Shown here: positions 55,642 through 64,000 of the stretch, one piece after another | Numbering within the stretch: the stretch's first letter is position 1 | Layout of the letters: every line of letters begins with the position of its first letter | IMG/VR virus record: IMGVR_UViG_3300045996_002689 | Location: 484-64,483 of that record | Length of the DNA stretch: 64,000 bases | Reading direction: 5' to 3' (one strand) | Source of the DNA: a virus | Taxonomy: Duplodnaviria > Caudoviricetes | Made by a program: the position numbers and the translations under genes | Notes under the pieces: model-generated | The model's database searches: none | Told to the model about the DNA's origin: nothing | What the model saw: only the letters and a program-made list of their open reading frames with translations

Positions 55642-57554
55642 GCAAATTCCTGCACGGCATCCATGACCCAGGCGGGGAACACCTGATGCGCGAGGCTCCA
55701 GGCTGGATCGTCCACACGGTCGCTTTGCGCGAGGTGGGAGGCTTTGACTTTACCCCGTGGTCGCGCCAGGGTTTTACTAACATCTGCCGCATCAATTGGG
55801 GCTACCACCCGCATGGCACCATCCCCACCAACACCGACAGCTATGTGGCTTTCGCCAGGCGCGTGCGCGACTTTATCCGCAACGCTCCAGGCTGTGACTT
55901 GTTTATCCTGGGCAACGAACCCAACCACGAAATCGAGCGACCGGACGGCGTGCTGATCTCGCCGCACGACTATGCGCTCTGTTTTAACACCGCCTATGCC
56001 ACCGTCAAGAGCGAACTGAGGCAGGCGCAGTTGGGGGTGGCGGCGATTGCGCCCTGGAACCAGCAGTCGGGCGACTGGCTGGACTACTGGCGCGCCATGC
56101 TGGTGCTGATAGGCGAGTGCGACTTCTTGACGCTGCACGCCTACACGCACGGCGTTGACCCCCAGCTTGTCGAGTCAAACCAGATGGTCAACGGCTGGCT
56201 GTGGCACTTCCCTGTTTTTACGCAGATGCTTGCCAACGTGCCCCCCAAGTTCATCGCCAAGCCTGCCCACATCACCGAGGCCGACCAGGACGCGGAGTGG
56301 GCGAATGTCAATTCCGGCTGGATACAACGCGCCTGCGCTTTTGTGGACAACCACAATAAAAAGGCGGGCACTCAAAAAGTTTTCTCGATAAGTTTTTACC
56401 GCTGGCAGACCCACAACCATGACAAGTGGCACTTCAACGATAAGCCTGGAGTGCAGGAGGATTTCAAGCAGGCGGTCGCCGCCAGGTTTATGTCGCCGCC
56501 GCCCCTTGCCGCCCCCATCCACCCCACCACAATTGTCCTGCCCGACATCCGAAAGGAGCCAACCCCTATGCCGCCCTCATCTGTCTTGGCCCGCACCCTG
56601 ACGCCCGCAGCCGACGCCCACGGCATGCGCGTGGTGACACCTGCGCTCAACCCAGGGCAGGAGTTCTGGTACGCCGAGTATGTGGACAAGCTCAACAAAG
56701 ACCAGTCCGGTGGACGCCGCCACATCTACGGCAATGTCACCGACAAAAACGGCAACCGCCTGCACGGAGTGCGCCTGCGCGTCTCCTGGGAGAATGGCAA
56801 CAAAGAGGCTTTTGTCGTGACCGAGGACAAGTCCAGGGACTTGCCGCCCTGGAGCTTTGATTATAATTTTCCTCTTAGCTCGTCCCTCAACGACTTTGCC
56901 ATCGAGGTGGCCCAGGATCGCCCCTCCGAGAAAGTCACCGGCATTGGCATGGGCATAAACGGCAACCCAGGCGAGCATACGGTTAGCGTGGTAAATTTTA
57001 CCCTGGAGAACTATCCAGGGAGCGCAACCCCTGTTCCTGTGCCGGTCACGCCTGTACCTGTTCCTGTGACCCCCACACCCGTTCCGGTCACACCCGCCAA
57101 TACGCTGATCATCCTGCCTGTCACCGGCATTGTCACCCAACGCTGGGGTGAGAACCCGCAGAACTATGCGCGTTTTGGCATCCCTGGGCACAACGGGCTG
57201 GACATCGGCGCGCCCGCAGGCAAGGCTGTCCATGCCATCGCCAACGGCACCGTGGCCTTTGCGGGGGAGGACAGCGACTACGGCAACTACGTGCGCATCC
57301 ACCACCCGCACCTGGGCTTTGATTCCTTCTATGCCCACCTCCTGACCATTGACACCGCCATCGGCAAGCCCGTGTCGCAAGGAGAAAAGATTGGCACGGT
57401 CGGCTCGACCGGTAACTCCAGCGGCCCGCACCTGCACTTAGAGACGCGCCTGACGCGCCAGATGGACAACTACATCGTGTTGTCGGGTGGCTATGGCAAG
57501 GGGCGTTTTGATCCTGCAATTGCCTATTGGCTTTTGAACCGCCAAGTGGTATAG
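55638..57554 (+). CDS. endolysin: clan-A glycoside-hydrolase-like domain plus M23 peptidase
   Basis: GNEPN, LHAY and ITE motifs; PVT linker; M23 HNGLD...YAHL...GSTGNSSGPHLHLE. Confidence 0.85.
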   Translation: MSKFLHGIHDPGGEHLMREAPGWIVHTVALREVGGFDFTPWSRQGFTNICRINWGYHPHGTIPTNTDSYVAFARRVRDFIRNAPGCDLFILGNEPNHEIERPDGVLISPHDYALCFNTAYATVKSELRQAQLGVAAIAPWNQQSGDWLDYWRAMLVLIGECDFLTLHAYTHGVDPQLVESNQMVNGWLWHFPVFTQMLANVPPKFIAKPAHITEADQDAEWANVNSGWIQRACAFVDNHNKKAGTQKVFSISFYRWQTHNHDKWHFNDKPGVQEDFKQAVAARFMSPPPLAAPIHPTTIVLPDIRKEPTPMPPSSVLARTLTPAADAHGMRVVTPALNPGQEFWYAEYVDKLNKDQSGGRRHIYGNVTDKNGNRLHGVRLRVSWENGNKEAFVVTEDKSRDLPPWSFDYNFPLSSSLNDFAIEVAQDRPSEKVTGIGMGINGNPGEHTVSVVNFTLENYPGSATPVPVPVTPVPVPVTPTPVPVTPANTLIILPVTGIVTQRWGENPQNYARFGIPGHNGLDIGAPAGKAVHAIANGTVAFAGEDSDYGNYVRIHHPHLGFDSFYAHLLTIDTAIGKPVSQGEKIGTVGSTGNSSGPHLHLETRLTRQMDNYIVLSGGYGKGRFDPAIAYWLLNRQVV

Positions 57555-57601
57555 TGTTCTCACCAACGCACTACCGACGCTAATCTCAGGAGAATAACGC
57601 C

Positions 57602-58048
57602 ATGCGCTACAACGACATGAAGCAGTTACTCAAGAATATCTCGCCTGATGTGGTGGTGGAAGATACCGATCCCGTGACAAGAGCCAGGGAGCAGGCGTTT
57701 CGCGAGGACGCCAAAGTCACACAGAGCAGGGACTTTCTGGAGAACAAGTTTATGTCAACCTGGATGCGCCTGGGCGGTTGGGAGCTGGTGGCGCAGTATA
57801 AGTTTCACCCGACAAGGCGTTGGCGTTTTGATTTTGCCAACACCAGTCTCATGGTCGCCTTCGAGATACAGGGCGGCATCTATGCGGCGCAGTCAGGGCA
57901 TAGGTCTTTTGAGGGAGTGCAGCGCGACTACGAAAAGCTGAACGCCGCCACCCTGCTGGGGTGGCGTGTCTTTCAGGTCACATCCAAAATGATGAAGGAC
58001 GAAATTCTCCTGCGACAACTGATTGACTTCGGACTCAAAACGGGGTAA
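57602..58048 (+). CDS. Vsr/DUF559-like endonuclease
   Basis: YKFHPTRRWRFDFA...EIQGG...H...RDYEKLNAATLLGWRV. Confidence 0.8.
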   Translation: MRYNDMKQLLKNISPDVVVEDTDPVTRAREQAFREDAKVTQSRDFLENKFMSTWMRLGGWELVAQYKFHPTRRWRFDFANTSLMVAFEIQGGIYAAQSGHRSFEGVQRDYEKLNAATLLGWRVFQVTSKMMKDEILLRQLIDFGLKTG

Positions 58049-58169
58049 AATCAGCGTGACGATATGTGCATTGCAGCAAGAGCGACCATTGGTTTCCTAG
58101 GCCCAGTCGCTTTTGCTGCCGGAATTATTTATTTTTTTTGGTAGCGCCCACAAAAATCGAGAGAGTGCA

Positions 58170-58212
58170 AAGAGAGAGGGAGACAACTTCGGGTTGTTCT
58201 CCCTCTCTTCTC
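58170..58212. terminator. bidirectional terminator-like hairpin
   Basis: AGAGAGGGAGACAAC-TTCG-GGTTGTTCTCCCTCTCT between convergent operons. Confidence 0.75.
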
Positions 58213-58213
58213 G

Positions 58214-58366
58214 TCAGTTCTCTTTGTCTAGACGGTGGGCGTTAGAGCAATAGACGCCCTGCGCCCCGCTCACCCAGCCCTCATCCAGCAAGACCTCCAG
58301 CGCGTCCGCCTGGTTTGCGGCGCGCACCTGCTGCTGCCTCTTGCAGTTGTCGCAGCGCGCTACCAT
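58214..58366 (-). CDS. small Zn-binding protein
   Basis: CDNC...GW...YCSNAH. Confidence 0.5.
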   Translation of the reverse strand: MVARCDNCKRQQQVRAANQADALEVLLDEGWVSGAQGVYCSNAHRLDKEN

Positions 58367-58754
58367 AACGACGCTCTCTGCTCTTTTTTGTAGCTGGATC
58401 ACGTTGCACCTTTGCCTTTCTGCGCTCCCTGGCTCTTTGGTTGCGCTTGTCCTTGGCGATCCTGCGCCTTGCGTCCCGTTCGGCAATGCGCTTCGCCTCC
58501 TGGATGTCGTACTCCTGTAGCCGCTTGCCAAGCTCCACCGCCAGGTCAAGCCCCTGCTTGGCGTCGGTGATGGCCCTGGATGCGGTAAATCTGCTGATGC
58601 CCAACGTTTCCGCAATAAAGTTACGCGGGAAGTTGTTGGGGTCAAAGCTCTGCCCGCGCATGTAGTACAGATGCACAAGCGCCGCCGTGACTTCCGCTTT
58701 GCGCCAGCGTTCGCCGTTCTCTTCTTCTTCCGTCTTGTCCTGTAAGTTCTCCAT
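58281..58754 (-). CDS. HTH-containing basic protein
   Basis: PRNFIAETLGISRFTASRAI. Confidence 0.6.
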   Translation of the reverse strand: MENLQDKTEEEENGERWRKAEVTAALVHLYYMRGQSFDPNNFPRNFIAETLGISRFTASRAITDAKQGLDLAVELGKRLQEYDIQEAKRIAERDARRRIAKDKRNQRARERRKAKVQRDPATKKSRERRYGSALRQLQEAAAGARRKPGGRAGGLAG

Positions 58755-58757
58755 CGC

Positions 58758-59279
58758 CTATCCGATCCCTCTCATAAGACCAGGGTAAAAGACCACGCCC
58801 CCGCTTGACGCCAGCACGCTAAACCTTGCCAGCGCCACAGGGTCGCCCGTGTAGAACCACACCAGTTGTCCCTGTCTTGTTTCTCTCGCTTCCTTGCCGC
58901 CTGGCTCGATGAAATGCACCCTGCCCGCCAGCAGCCACACGGCGCTACAGCTTTTCGCCAACTCCTGCGCCCACCTGGTTTCGGTCACATTGTTGGTGAT
59001 GATAAAGCCGTTCTTGATCTCGCCTGCACCCCAATGCGCCAAAAACTTCTCCACAAAAGCATCGATCAACCCCTTGCTGTAGGGCGGGTTCATAAAGACG
59101 TTGCCAAAATAGCCAAGCGTCAACCCATCGCCCCCCTCGGACAAAGCGTAGTAGGTTGTCGCCTCGACGCGCGCATTGGCTTCGTCCGTGCTGCACGGGT
59201 CAAGGTCAATGCCACCCATGCTCTCCCTGGCGATCTCGACCACCCACTTGGGCGTCATCCAATCTCTACTTCCTGCCAT
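58758..59279 (-). CDS. DNA N6-adenine methyltransferase (phage Dam-like)
   Basis: WMTP, IDLDPCS, FMNPPYS, TETRW. Confidence 0.85.
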   Translation of the reverse strand: MAGSRDWMTPKWVVEIARESMGGIDLDPCSTDEANARVEATTYYALSEGGDGLTLGYFGNVFMNPPYSKGLIDAFVEKFLAHWGAGEIKNGFIITNNVTETRWAQELAKSCSAVWLLAGRVHFIEPGGKEARETRQGQLVWFYTGDPVALARFSVLASSGGVVFYPGLMRGIG

Positions 59280-59404
59280 ATCCCCTCCCATCTCCATTTT
59301 GCTTGTGGGCCACGTAGAAGCCCCACAGGACACCGAAAATCACACATTGGCTATAGATGTACCCGCAGCACTACAACGCTTCATTTTGCCGCCAAAAATC
59401 CATC

Positions 59405-59779
59405 CTAGCGGGCTTCTAGCGGGTTGTCTACGGGCATGAGTTTGGCAACCAGCTTTCTGTCGCCGCGCGGCGACACCCTAAGACGCTTGAGCATGTCGGG
59501 CAGGATGGGAGATGCGTTCTCCTTCGCCACCCCCTGCAAGTAGGGCAGGTTCTCTTTGATCAGCATGTACATCTCGGCGGCTGTCATCGGCTCGTCCAGA
59601 AAAAACCTGACTGCCACAGGGTCGCCGCCGTTGCCCGTGATACGCGACAGGATGGTCGGGTCGCCGTCGGGCAAGATTAGCGCCACCTCTCCCCTGTAGG
59701 TGCCAGGCGCAGGAAAAGAGATGCGCAGGGGCTTGAAGTGGCTGATCTTGATCAGGGTCGGGGCGCTGGAACTTGACAT
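59405..59779 (-). CDS. hypothetical protein
   Basis: GGAGG RBS. Confidence 0.6.
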   Translation of the reverse strand: MSSSSAPTLIKISHFKPLRISFPAPGTYRGEVALILPDGDPTILSRITGNGGDPVAVRFFLDEPMTAAEMYMLIKENLPYLQGVAKENASPILPDMLKRLRVSPRGDRKLVAKLMPVDNPLEAR

Positions 59780-60240
59780 AACGCAGTCCTCCGGATCGGT
59801 TGCTTGAGTGCAGATTCCTCAAAGAGCGAGAGGGGCGCGGCTTTGGTGATTTGCTTGCGCTCCTGCTGCCACATCTCGCGCAAGGCCAGCTTGATTTCCT
59901 TGTCGCCAAAGCCAGTCACTTCGGCACCGCCCGAAACCAGAAATAAGTCTCTGGCCCTTAAATTTGTCAGGATAATGGTAAGCGCGCGCAGCCTCTTCTG
60001 GCAGATGGGGCACAGGTCAAGCTTGATCTCGCTGGCCCCGTAGACCACTTTGTTTTTCCAGCCCGTGTAACAGAGCATCTTGCCTAGGTGCCCCCCGTAG
60101 AGGGCACCAGGCACAAAGATGTGGGAGAAGGCGCGTTTCTTCTTGGTCGCGCCCTCTAGGATGCGCACGAACTCCAGCCGCTCCACCAGGCGGTACCCGT
60201 AGAGTTGCAGCGTCTCTTCTTGGACATGGGTGGTTTTCAT
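59752..60240 (-). CDS. hypothetical protein
   Basis: ATGA coupling; CPIC motif. Confidence 0.6.
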   Translation of the reverse strand: MKTTHVQEETLQLYGYRLVERLEFVRILEGATKKKRAFSHIFVPGALYGGHLGKMLCYTGWKNKVVYGASEIKLDLCPICQKRLRALTIILTNLRARDLFLVSGGAEVTGFGDKEIKLALREMWQQERKQITKAAPLSLFEESALKQPIRRTALCQVPAPRP

Positions 60241-60431
60241 TCTTTGCCCTCCTTGATCTTCTTGATCTGCTCCATGGCGATGCCCGCCATCTGGTTTTTG
60301 ATGTAGATGTCTAACATCTGGAGGCCCGACACCTTGTCGAGCGGGGTGATCGAGTTGTCCAGCATCAGGTCGTTGAGCGCCATCACCACGCGCTCGAACT
60401 TCTCGTTGAGCAAAATGCTTGGTTGCGCCAT
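60237..60431 (-). CDS. hypothetical protein
   Basis: Operon packing. Confidence 0.6.
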   Translation of the reverse strand: MAQPSILLNEKFERVVMALNDLMLDNSITPLDKVSGLQMLDIYIKNQMAGIAMEQIKKIKEGKE

Positions 60432-60432
60432 G

Positions 60433-61341
60433 TCAGTCCCTCTCTTCGTTTAGGTGTTGCCCAGCGCGCTTGCGGTCAACCCTGTACTTGTCGCTGCCCG
60501 TGCTGAGCTTGCGCAGGTTAACCTTCTGCGAGTCCTTGATGCGGTGGTTGTAGATGTCGTTCATCACGGCAATGTAGCTCGCCATGTCCGCACAGCGCAC
60601 CAGCTTGGCGCTCTGGTAGTCCATCTTCATCATCATACGCTCATGGTTGTAGTCGCTATTGGAGGCCAGGTTGCGCAGCGCCGCCAGAAAAGCCCGATCT
60701 TTCCAGAAGGGAACGTTGTGCGCCTTAAAGTCCAGCGCCATCTGGCATACCTTGTCGGCAAAGGCGATGTCGTCCGCCACATAAAGCCCCTTGCGAAAGG
60801 TCGTGGTGATGTCCATGCCCTGAAACTCGCGGCGCGTGTCCCCGTAGTGACAGAGCGAGATCGCCACGCCCCCTTTGAGCCAAGGGTACTTGCGTTGGAA
60901 GTCGCGCAGCTTGAGGTACTCAGGGTACCCCTTCTGGCAGAAGTGGTTGAGATAATTCTGGTGCTGCCAGTTGGTTGTGTTCTCGTTGATCAGCGCCGCG
61001 TGCTCGATCTTCATCGTGCCGGAAATCTTGTAGTAGATCGGCACGCCCAGCACCCTTGCCGCCGCCAGCCGGTGTTGCCCGTCGATCACGTTCATGTCCT
61101 CGTCCACGACAATGGCGTAGATGTTGAGTAAATTTATCTGGCGAATGGCGGCGACCAGACCGGCCACTTTCCTGGGCACAATCTCTCGATTGGCGGGGTC
61201 GATCTTAAACATCTCGTAGTCGGTTGTCCAGTAGGTTACTTCGTCCGACTCGCGGTGTGCGTTGCCGTGGCGCGCCACCATCGCTGTCTCAACTCCGGCG
61301 CGGTTTCTGTACAGTCCTGTTCTCACGTATCCACCACTCAT
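60433..61341 (-). CDS. ParB/Srx-like N-terminal domain protein
   Basis: NREI...IVVDEDMNVIDGQHRLAAA. Confidence 0.75.
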   Translation of the reverse strand: MSGGYVRTGLYRNRAGVETAMVARHGNAHRESDEVTYWTTDYEMFKIDPANREIVPRKVAGLVAAIRQINLLNIYAIVVDEDMNVIDGQHRLAAARVLGVPIYYKISGTMKIEHAALINENTTNWQHQNYLNHFCQKGYPEYLKLRDFQRKYPWLKGGVAISLCHYGDTRREFQGMDITTTFRKGLYVADDIAFADKVCQMALDFKAHNVPFWKDRAFLAALRNLASNSDYNHERMMMKMDYQSAKLVRCADMASYIAVMNDIYNHRIKDSQKVNLRKLSTGSDKYRVDRKRAGQHLNEERD

Positions 61342-61401
61342 GGCTGTTCTCCCTTTCTTGGATCACACAAACACAAAAACAAATAGCTTAATTAAAAACC
61401 A

Positions 61402-61578
61402 CTACTTCTCTGCTTGCTTCTGGTCGATAAGTAGCTGCACCACCTCCCTGACAAGCCCTTCTCTGCACAGGTCTATGCGGTCACGCAAGGCGCGCAGCCC
61501 GTTTAGCCTGTCGGATAAGTCCTTCTCCTGGTCGCCTGCGTAGACCTGGATGAGTCCAAGCAGTTTCTCTAGCTCCAT
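61402..61578 (-). CDS. small helical hypothetical protein (58 aa, below ORF-track cutoff)
   Basis: Own translation MELEKLLGLIQVYAGDQ...QKQAEK*, abutting the dnaB stop. Confidence 0.55.
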   Translation of the reverse strand: MELEKLLGLIQVYAGDQEKDLSDRLNGLRALRDRIDLCREGLVREVVQLLIDQKQAEK

Positions 61579-62565
61579 CTATGCCCCCTGGTTGAGCGGC
61601 GTGCGCTCGATGTTGTAAAAACGCATGTTCGGCCCATCGTAGCCTGCCCGACTCACCCCCGTTGCGCCGTTGCGGTTCTTGGCGATGATAAAGTAGGCGA
61701 TGTCGTCCAGGTTTGAGGCTTGCCCGCCCATGCCCGCAAAGGCGTCATAGGCAGACATGTCTATCTTGATGCCTTTATCGAGATAATACTTTGGGCGCGT
61801 CATCAGCACTACCTGATCGGCCAGTTGCTCGATCATGCCGCTGCCGCGCAGGTCGTCAAGCTGGGGTATCTTGTCGGCTCTGGACTCGCACTCGCGGTTG
61901 AGGTGCGAGATGACAATGGCCGGAAAACCGTACTGCTTGGCAAGCGACTTGATGTTGCGCATGGCGTTGGAAAGTTGTTGTTCTTTGCTGTTGCCTGGGT
62001 CGGAGACAAGCTCTAGAAAATCAAAGATCAAGGCCACCACATCATAGCTTTGCGACAATAACCTCAACTCGCGATCTATGTACTCGGTGTTGGGACTCGA
62101 CCTGTCGTCAATCAACAGGGGCAACTCCGCCACGCGCCGGATAGCTGCCTCGGTCAGGTCAAAGTCCAGCCCCGACGCTTTGCCGTTGCGCAGCCCCCAC
62201 ATGGTTGTGCCCGCCAAGGCGCACGCCATGCGCATCACCAGGCTCCAGCCTGTCATCTCGGCGCTAAAAAAGGCCACGCGTTTGCGGCTGTCGGTGAGCG
62301 CGTCGGGGATGATCCCTTGGGCGATCTGCAAACAAAGCGCCGTTTTGCCCATGCCAGGTCGCGCCCCCACAACCGTCACTTCGCCAGGCACCAGGCGGAT
62401 GTAGTCGTCCAAGGCTCTGATGCCCGTGGTGTAGCCCGCTGCCGCCTCGCGGCTCGCCCATGCCCGCAGCATCTTGATCGCAGGCGCTTGCCATGCCTGC
62501 ATCGGGCGCAAGCCTTCTTCCAGGATTTCTTCGTCCACCCACCTAATCTCTTCTTTGGTCGCCAT
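61579..62565 (-). CDS. dnaB: DnaB-like replicative helicase (C-terminal ATPase domain only)
   Basis: GARPGMGKT, FFSAEM, SHLNR, LRGSGMIEQLAD, IAKNRNG. Confidence 0.9.
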   Translation of the reverse strand: MATKEEIRWVDEEILEEGLRPMQAWQAPAIKMLRAWASREAAAGYTTGIRALDDYIRLVPGEVTVVGARPGMGKTALCLQIAQGIIPDALTDSRKRVAFFSAEMTGWSLVMRMACALAGTTMWGLRNGKASGLDFDLTEAAIRRVAELPLLIDDRSSPNTEYIDRELRLLSQSYDVVALIFDFLELVSDPGNSKEQQLSNAMRNIKSLAKQYGFPAIVISHLNRECESRADKIPQLDDLRGSGMIEQLADQVVLMTRPKYYLDKGIKIDMSAYDAFAGMGGQASNLDDIAYFIIAKNRNGATGVSRAGYDGPNMRFYNIERTPLNQGA

Positions 62566-63457
62566 CGCCTAGTCCCTCCAGTAGCGATTTACGTTGTTGC
62601 ACCAGCCACTCGTCCTGCTCATACACAGGAGAGGCCACTTCCCCAGGGTTTCGTATAGCGAGTTCGCGTTGTTTGTTGGTTTCCTCCTGTTGTGCGATAC
62701 GCACGCATATAGCTCGGATGAAGTTAGTCGTCGGTCTGCTGTCCTTTCTGTTGTTGAGGACGGATTCGACAAGAGCCTGTAGCAGTACCTTGGGGGTGAA
62801 CGCCGTATACAATCCCCACAACATCGTTTCCTGGGCGGGCGTCACCGACTTGCCGCGGTTGATATTGTCGCGATAGAAGCGCAGGATGCCGATCCATCCG
62901 TCTTGGTTGTCGTTCTCATTTGCAACTTTCGACACTACGTATGAATCTTGTTCTTTGTCTTTATGAATCTTGTTATTACTATGTATATTGTTAGTGTTAA
63001 TTTCGTTAAGTAACTCACTCGTTCGAGGTTCCTTAACGTCGTTAAATAACTTAGGCGTCGGTTCATTAACAGAATTAAGTAACCTTTCTGGTTCGTTAAT
63101 CTCGTTAACGAACCTCCACTCGCTGCGGTCACGTATGCTGTAGACATTGCTGGCTCTTCCCTGGCTGTTGGTTCTCCCCTCCTTCGAGATCATGTTGTAG
63201 CTAATGAGCGTATCAATCGCCTTATCTACCGTTGGCACGGTAATGCCAAGGGACTCTGCCAGCTTCTTGAGGGAAGGCCATGCAACCTCGCGCTTGCCTG
63301 CATACGCCGCCAACGCCCCGTAGACCATCACAGCATACGGCCCCAACAGCTTTGCGTAGACCAGGAAAACATCGTTGTCGATCTGGACAAAGTAAGACTT
63401 GCGCTTGTCCTTGACTTCCAGACCGTCCCTCCTTGACTCTCCAACCTCATACTCCAT
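62543..63457 (-). CDS. replication initiator (wHTH N-terminus, DnaD-like C-terminus)
   Basis: AWPSLKKLAESLGITVPTVDKAIDTL...SNVY; iteron-like repeats mid-gene; upstream of helicase. Confidence 0.75.
   Translation of the reverse strand: MEYEVGESRRDGLEVKDKRKSYFVQIDNDVFLVYAKLLGPYAVMVYGALAAYAGKREVAWPSLKKLAESLGITVPTVDKAIDTLISYNMISKEGRTNSQGRASNVYSIRDRSEWRFVNEINEPERLLNSVNEPTPKLFNDVKEPRTSELLNEINTNNIHSNNKIHKDKEQDSYVVSKVANENDNQDGWIGILRFYRDNINRGKSVTPAQETMLWGLYTAFTPKVLLQALVESVLNNRKDSRPTTNFIRAICVRIAQQEETNKQRELAIRNPGEVASPVYEQDEWLVQQRKSLLEGLGDGDQRRD
62990..63114. repeat. putative origin iterons inside the initiator gene
   Basis: About four GGTTCnTTAAy..CGTTAARTAAC-like units, a 10-bp IR at 63090-63114 and an adjacent AT-rich tract. 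Confidence 0.65.
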
Positions 63458-63581
63458 GATTTATCTCCGTTGACATAGGGAGGGAATCGTGTTACATTGG
63501 AGTCCCTCACAACCTCCATACATACTGATGCGCTGTTGTCCCGCACATGCCCGCTACCACACAGGCGGGCATGTGCATTTT

Positions 63582-64000
63582 TTAGCGCAACCCCTTGGCG
63601 TAATGCACGATGGAAGCAATGGTTGTCACCTTACCGCTCTCGCGGCGCAAGGACTTCCACATGCGCTCCACCTCACCAGGCTTGCCATTGGCCCACGATA
63701 CCGCCAAATCCAAACCCGCTTCCCCACACTCGCGTTTGATGGCCCCAATCACCCCCACCCACTCCAGATAAGGCAATCCCCACGGGTCGATCTTGGGCAA
63801 AGCTTCTGCGATCACTTGCATTTTATCTTCGCCCGTGCTACCATGCGCTTGTAACGCTCTGTTGTTTTTATTGACGCCTCTGTCATGGGTAGGTGGCTCT
63901 ACTAAGGCGTTCGTGCGATTTCTGTGGCGTTGGTAAAGCGTCCACAGGTAATCCACCGACAACACACCGTTGTAGGTCATCACGCGGGCGTTGCAGTTGC
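63582..64000 (-). CDS. C-terminal part of primase with PriCT-2-like domain, enters from the right edge
   Basis: ALPKIDP...YLEWVGVIGAIK...GLDLAVSW...EVERMWKSL...TIASIVHYAK; frame open to window end. Confidence 0.75.
   Translation of the reverse strand, partial: NCNARVMTYNGVLSVDYLWTLYQRHRNRTNALVEPPTHDRGVNKNNRALQAHGSTGEDKMQVIAEALPKIDPWGLPYLEWVGVIGAIKRECGEAGLDLAVSWANGKPGEVERMWKSLRRESGKVTTIASIVHYAKGLR

Noticed and set aside
57025-57100. Tandem DNA repeat as a contingency locus
   Set aside because: Encodes a Pro-Val-Thr linker with varied codons.
1-64000. Stop-codon reassignment
   Set aside because: Core genes are intact under the standard code and end in TAA, TAG and TGA.

Overview
The window holds almost the whole genome of a tailed dsDNA phage with siphovirus-like gene order. 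The host is probably a Chloroflexota bacterium (inferred from a YLPxI motif, a GH-like/M23 endolysin and a CHAT protein). A minus-strand primase gene seems to run off the left edge and re-enter at the right edge, so the circularised genome is probably only slightly over 64 kb. Layout: (1) two early-gene blocks, 1.0-7.0 kb and 7.7-12.1 kb, bounded by repeated non-coding elements. The second block is lower in GC, lacks CCWGG sites, is flanked by a perfect 16-bp inverted repeat and encodes a Ycf46-like AAA ATPase with three partner proteins. (2) A mixed accessory region at 13.3-26.1 kb: CAP protein, putative head-fibre genes, divergent wHTH pair, a tRNA-like RNA with a UUCG tetraloop instead of an anticodon, and a tyrosine recombinase. 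(3) Packaging, head and tail genes at 26.7-53.4 kb. (4) A lysis cassette at 53.4-57.6 kb that includes a membrane-anchored caspase-like (CHAT) protease. (5) Minus-strand replication and modification genes at 58.2-64 kb. All family calls come from motif recognition by eye; no searches were run.
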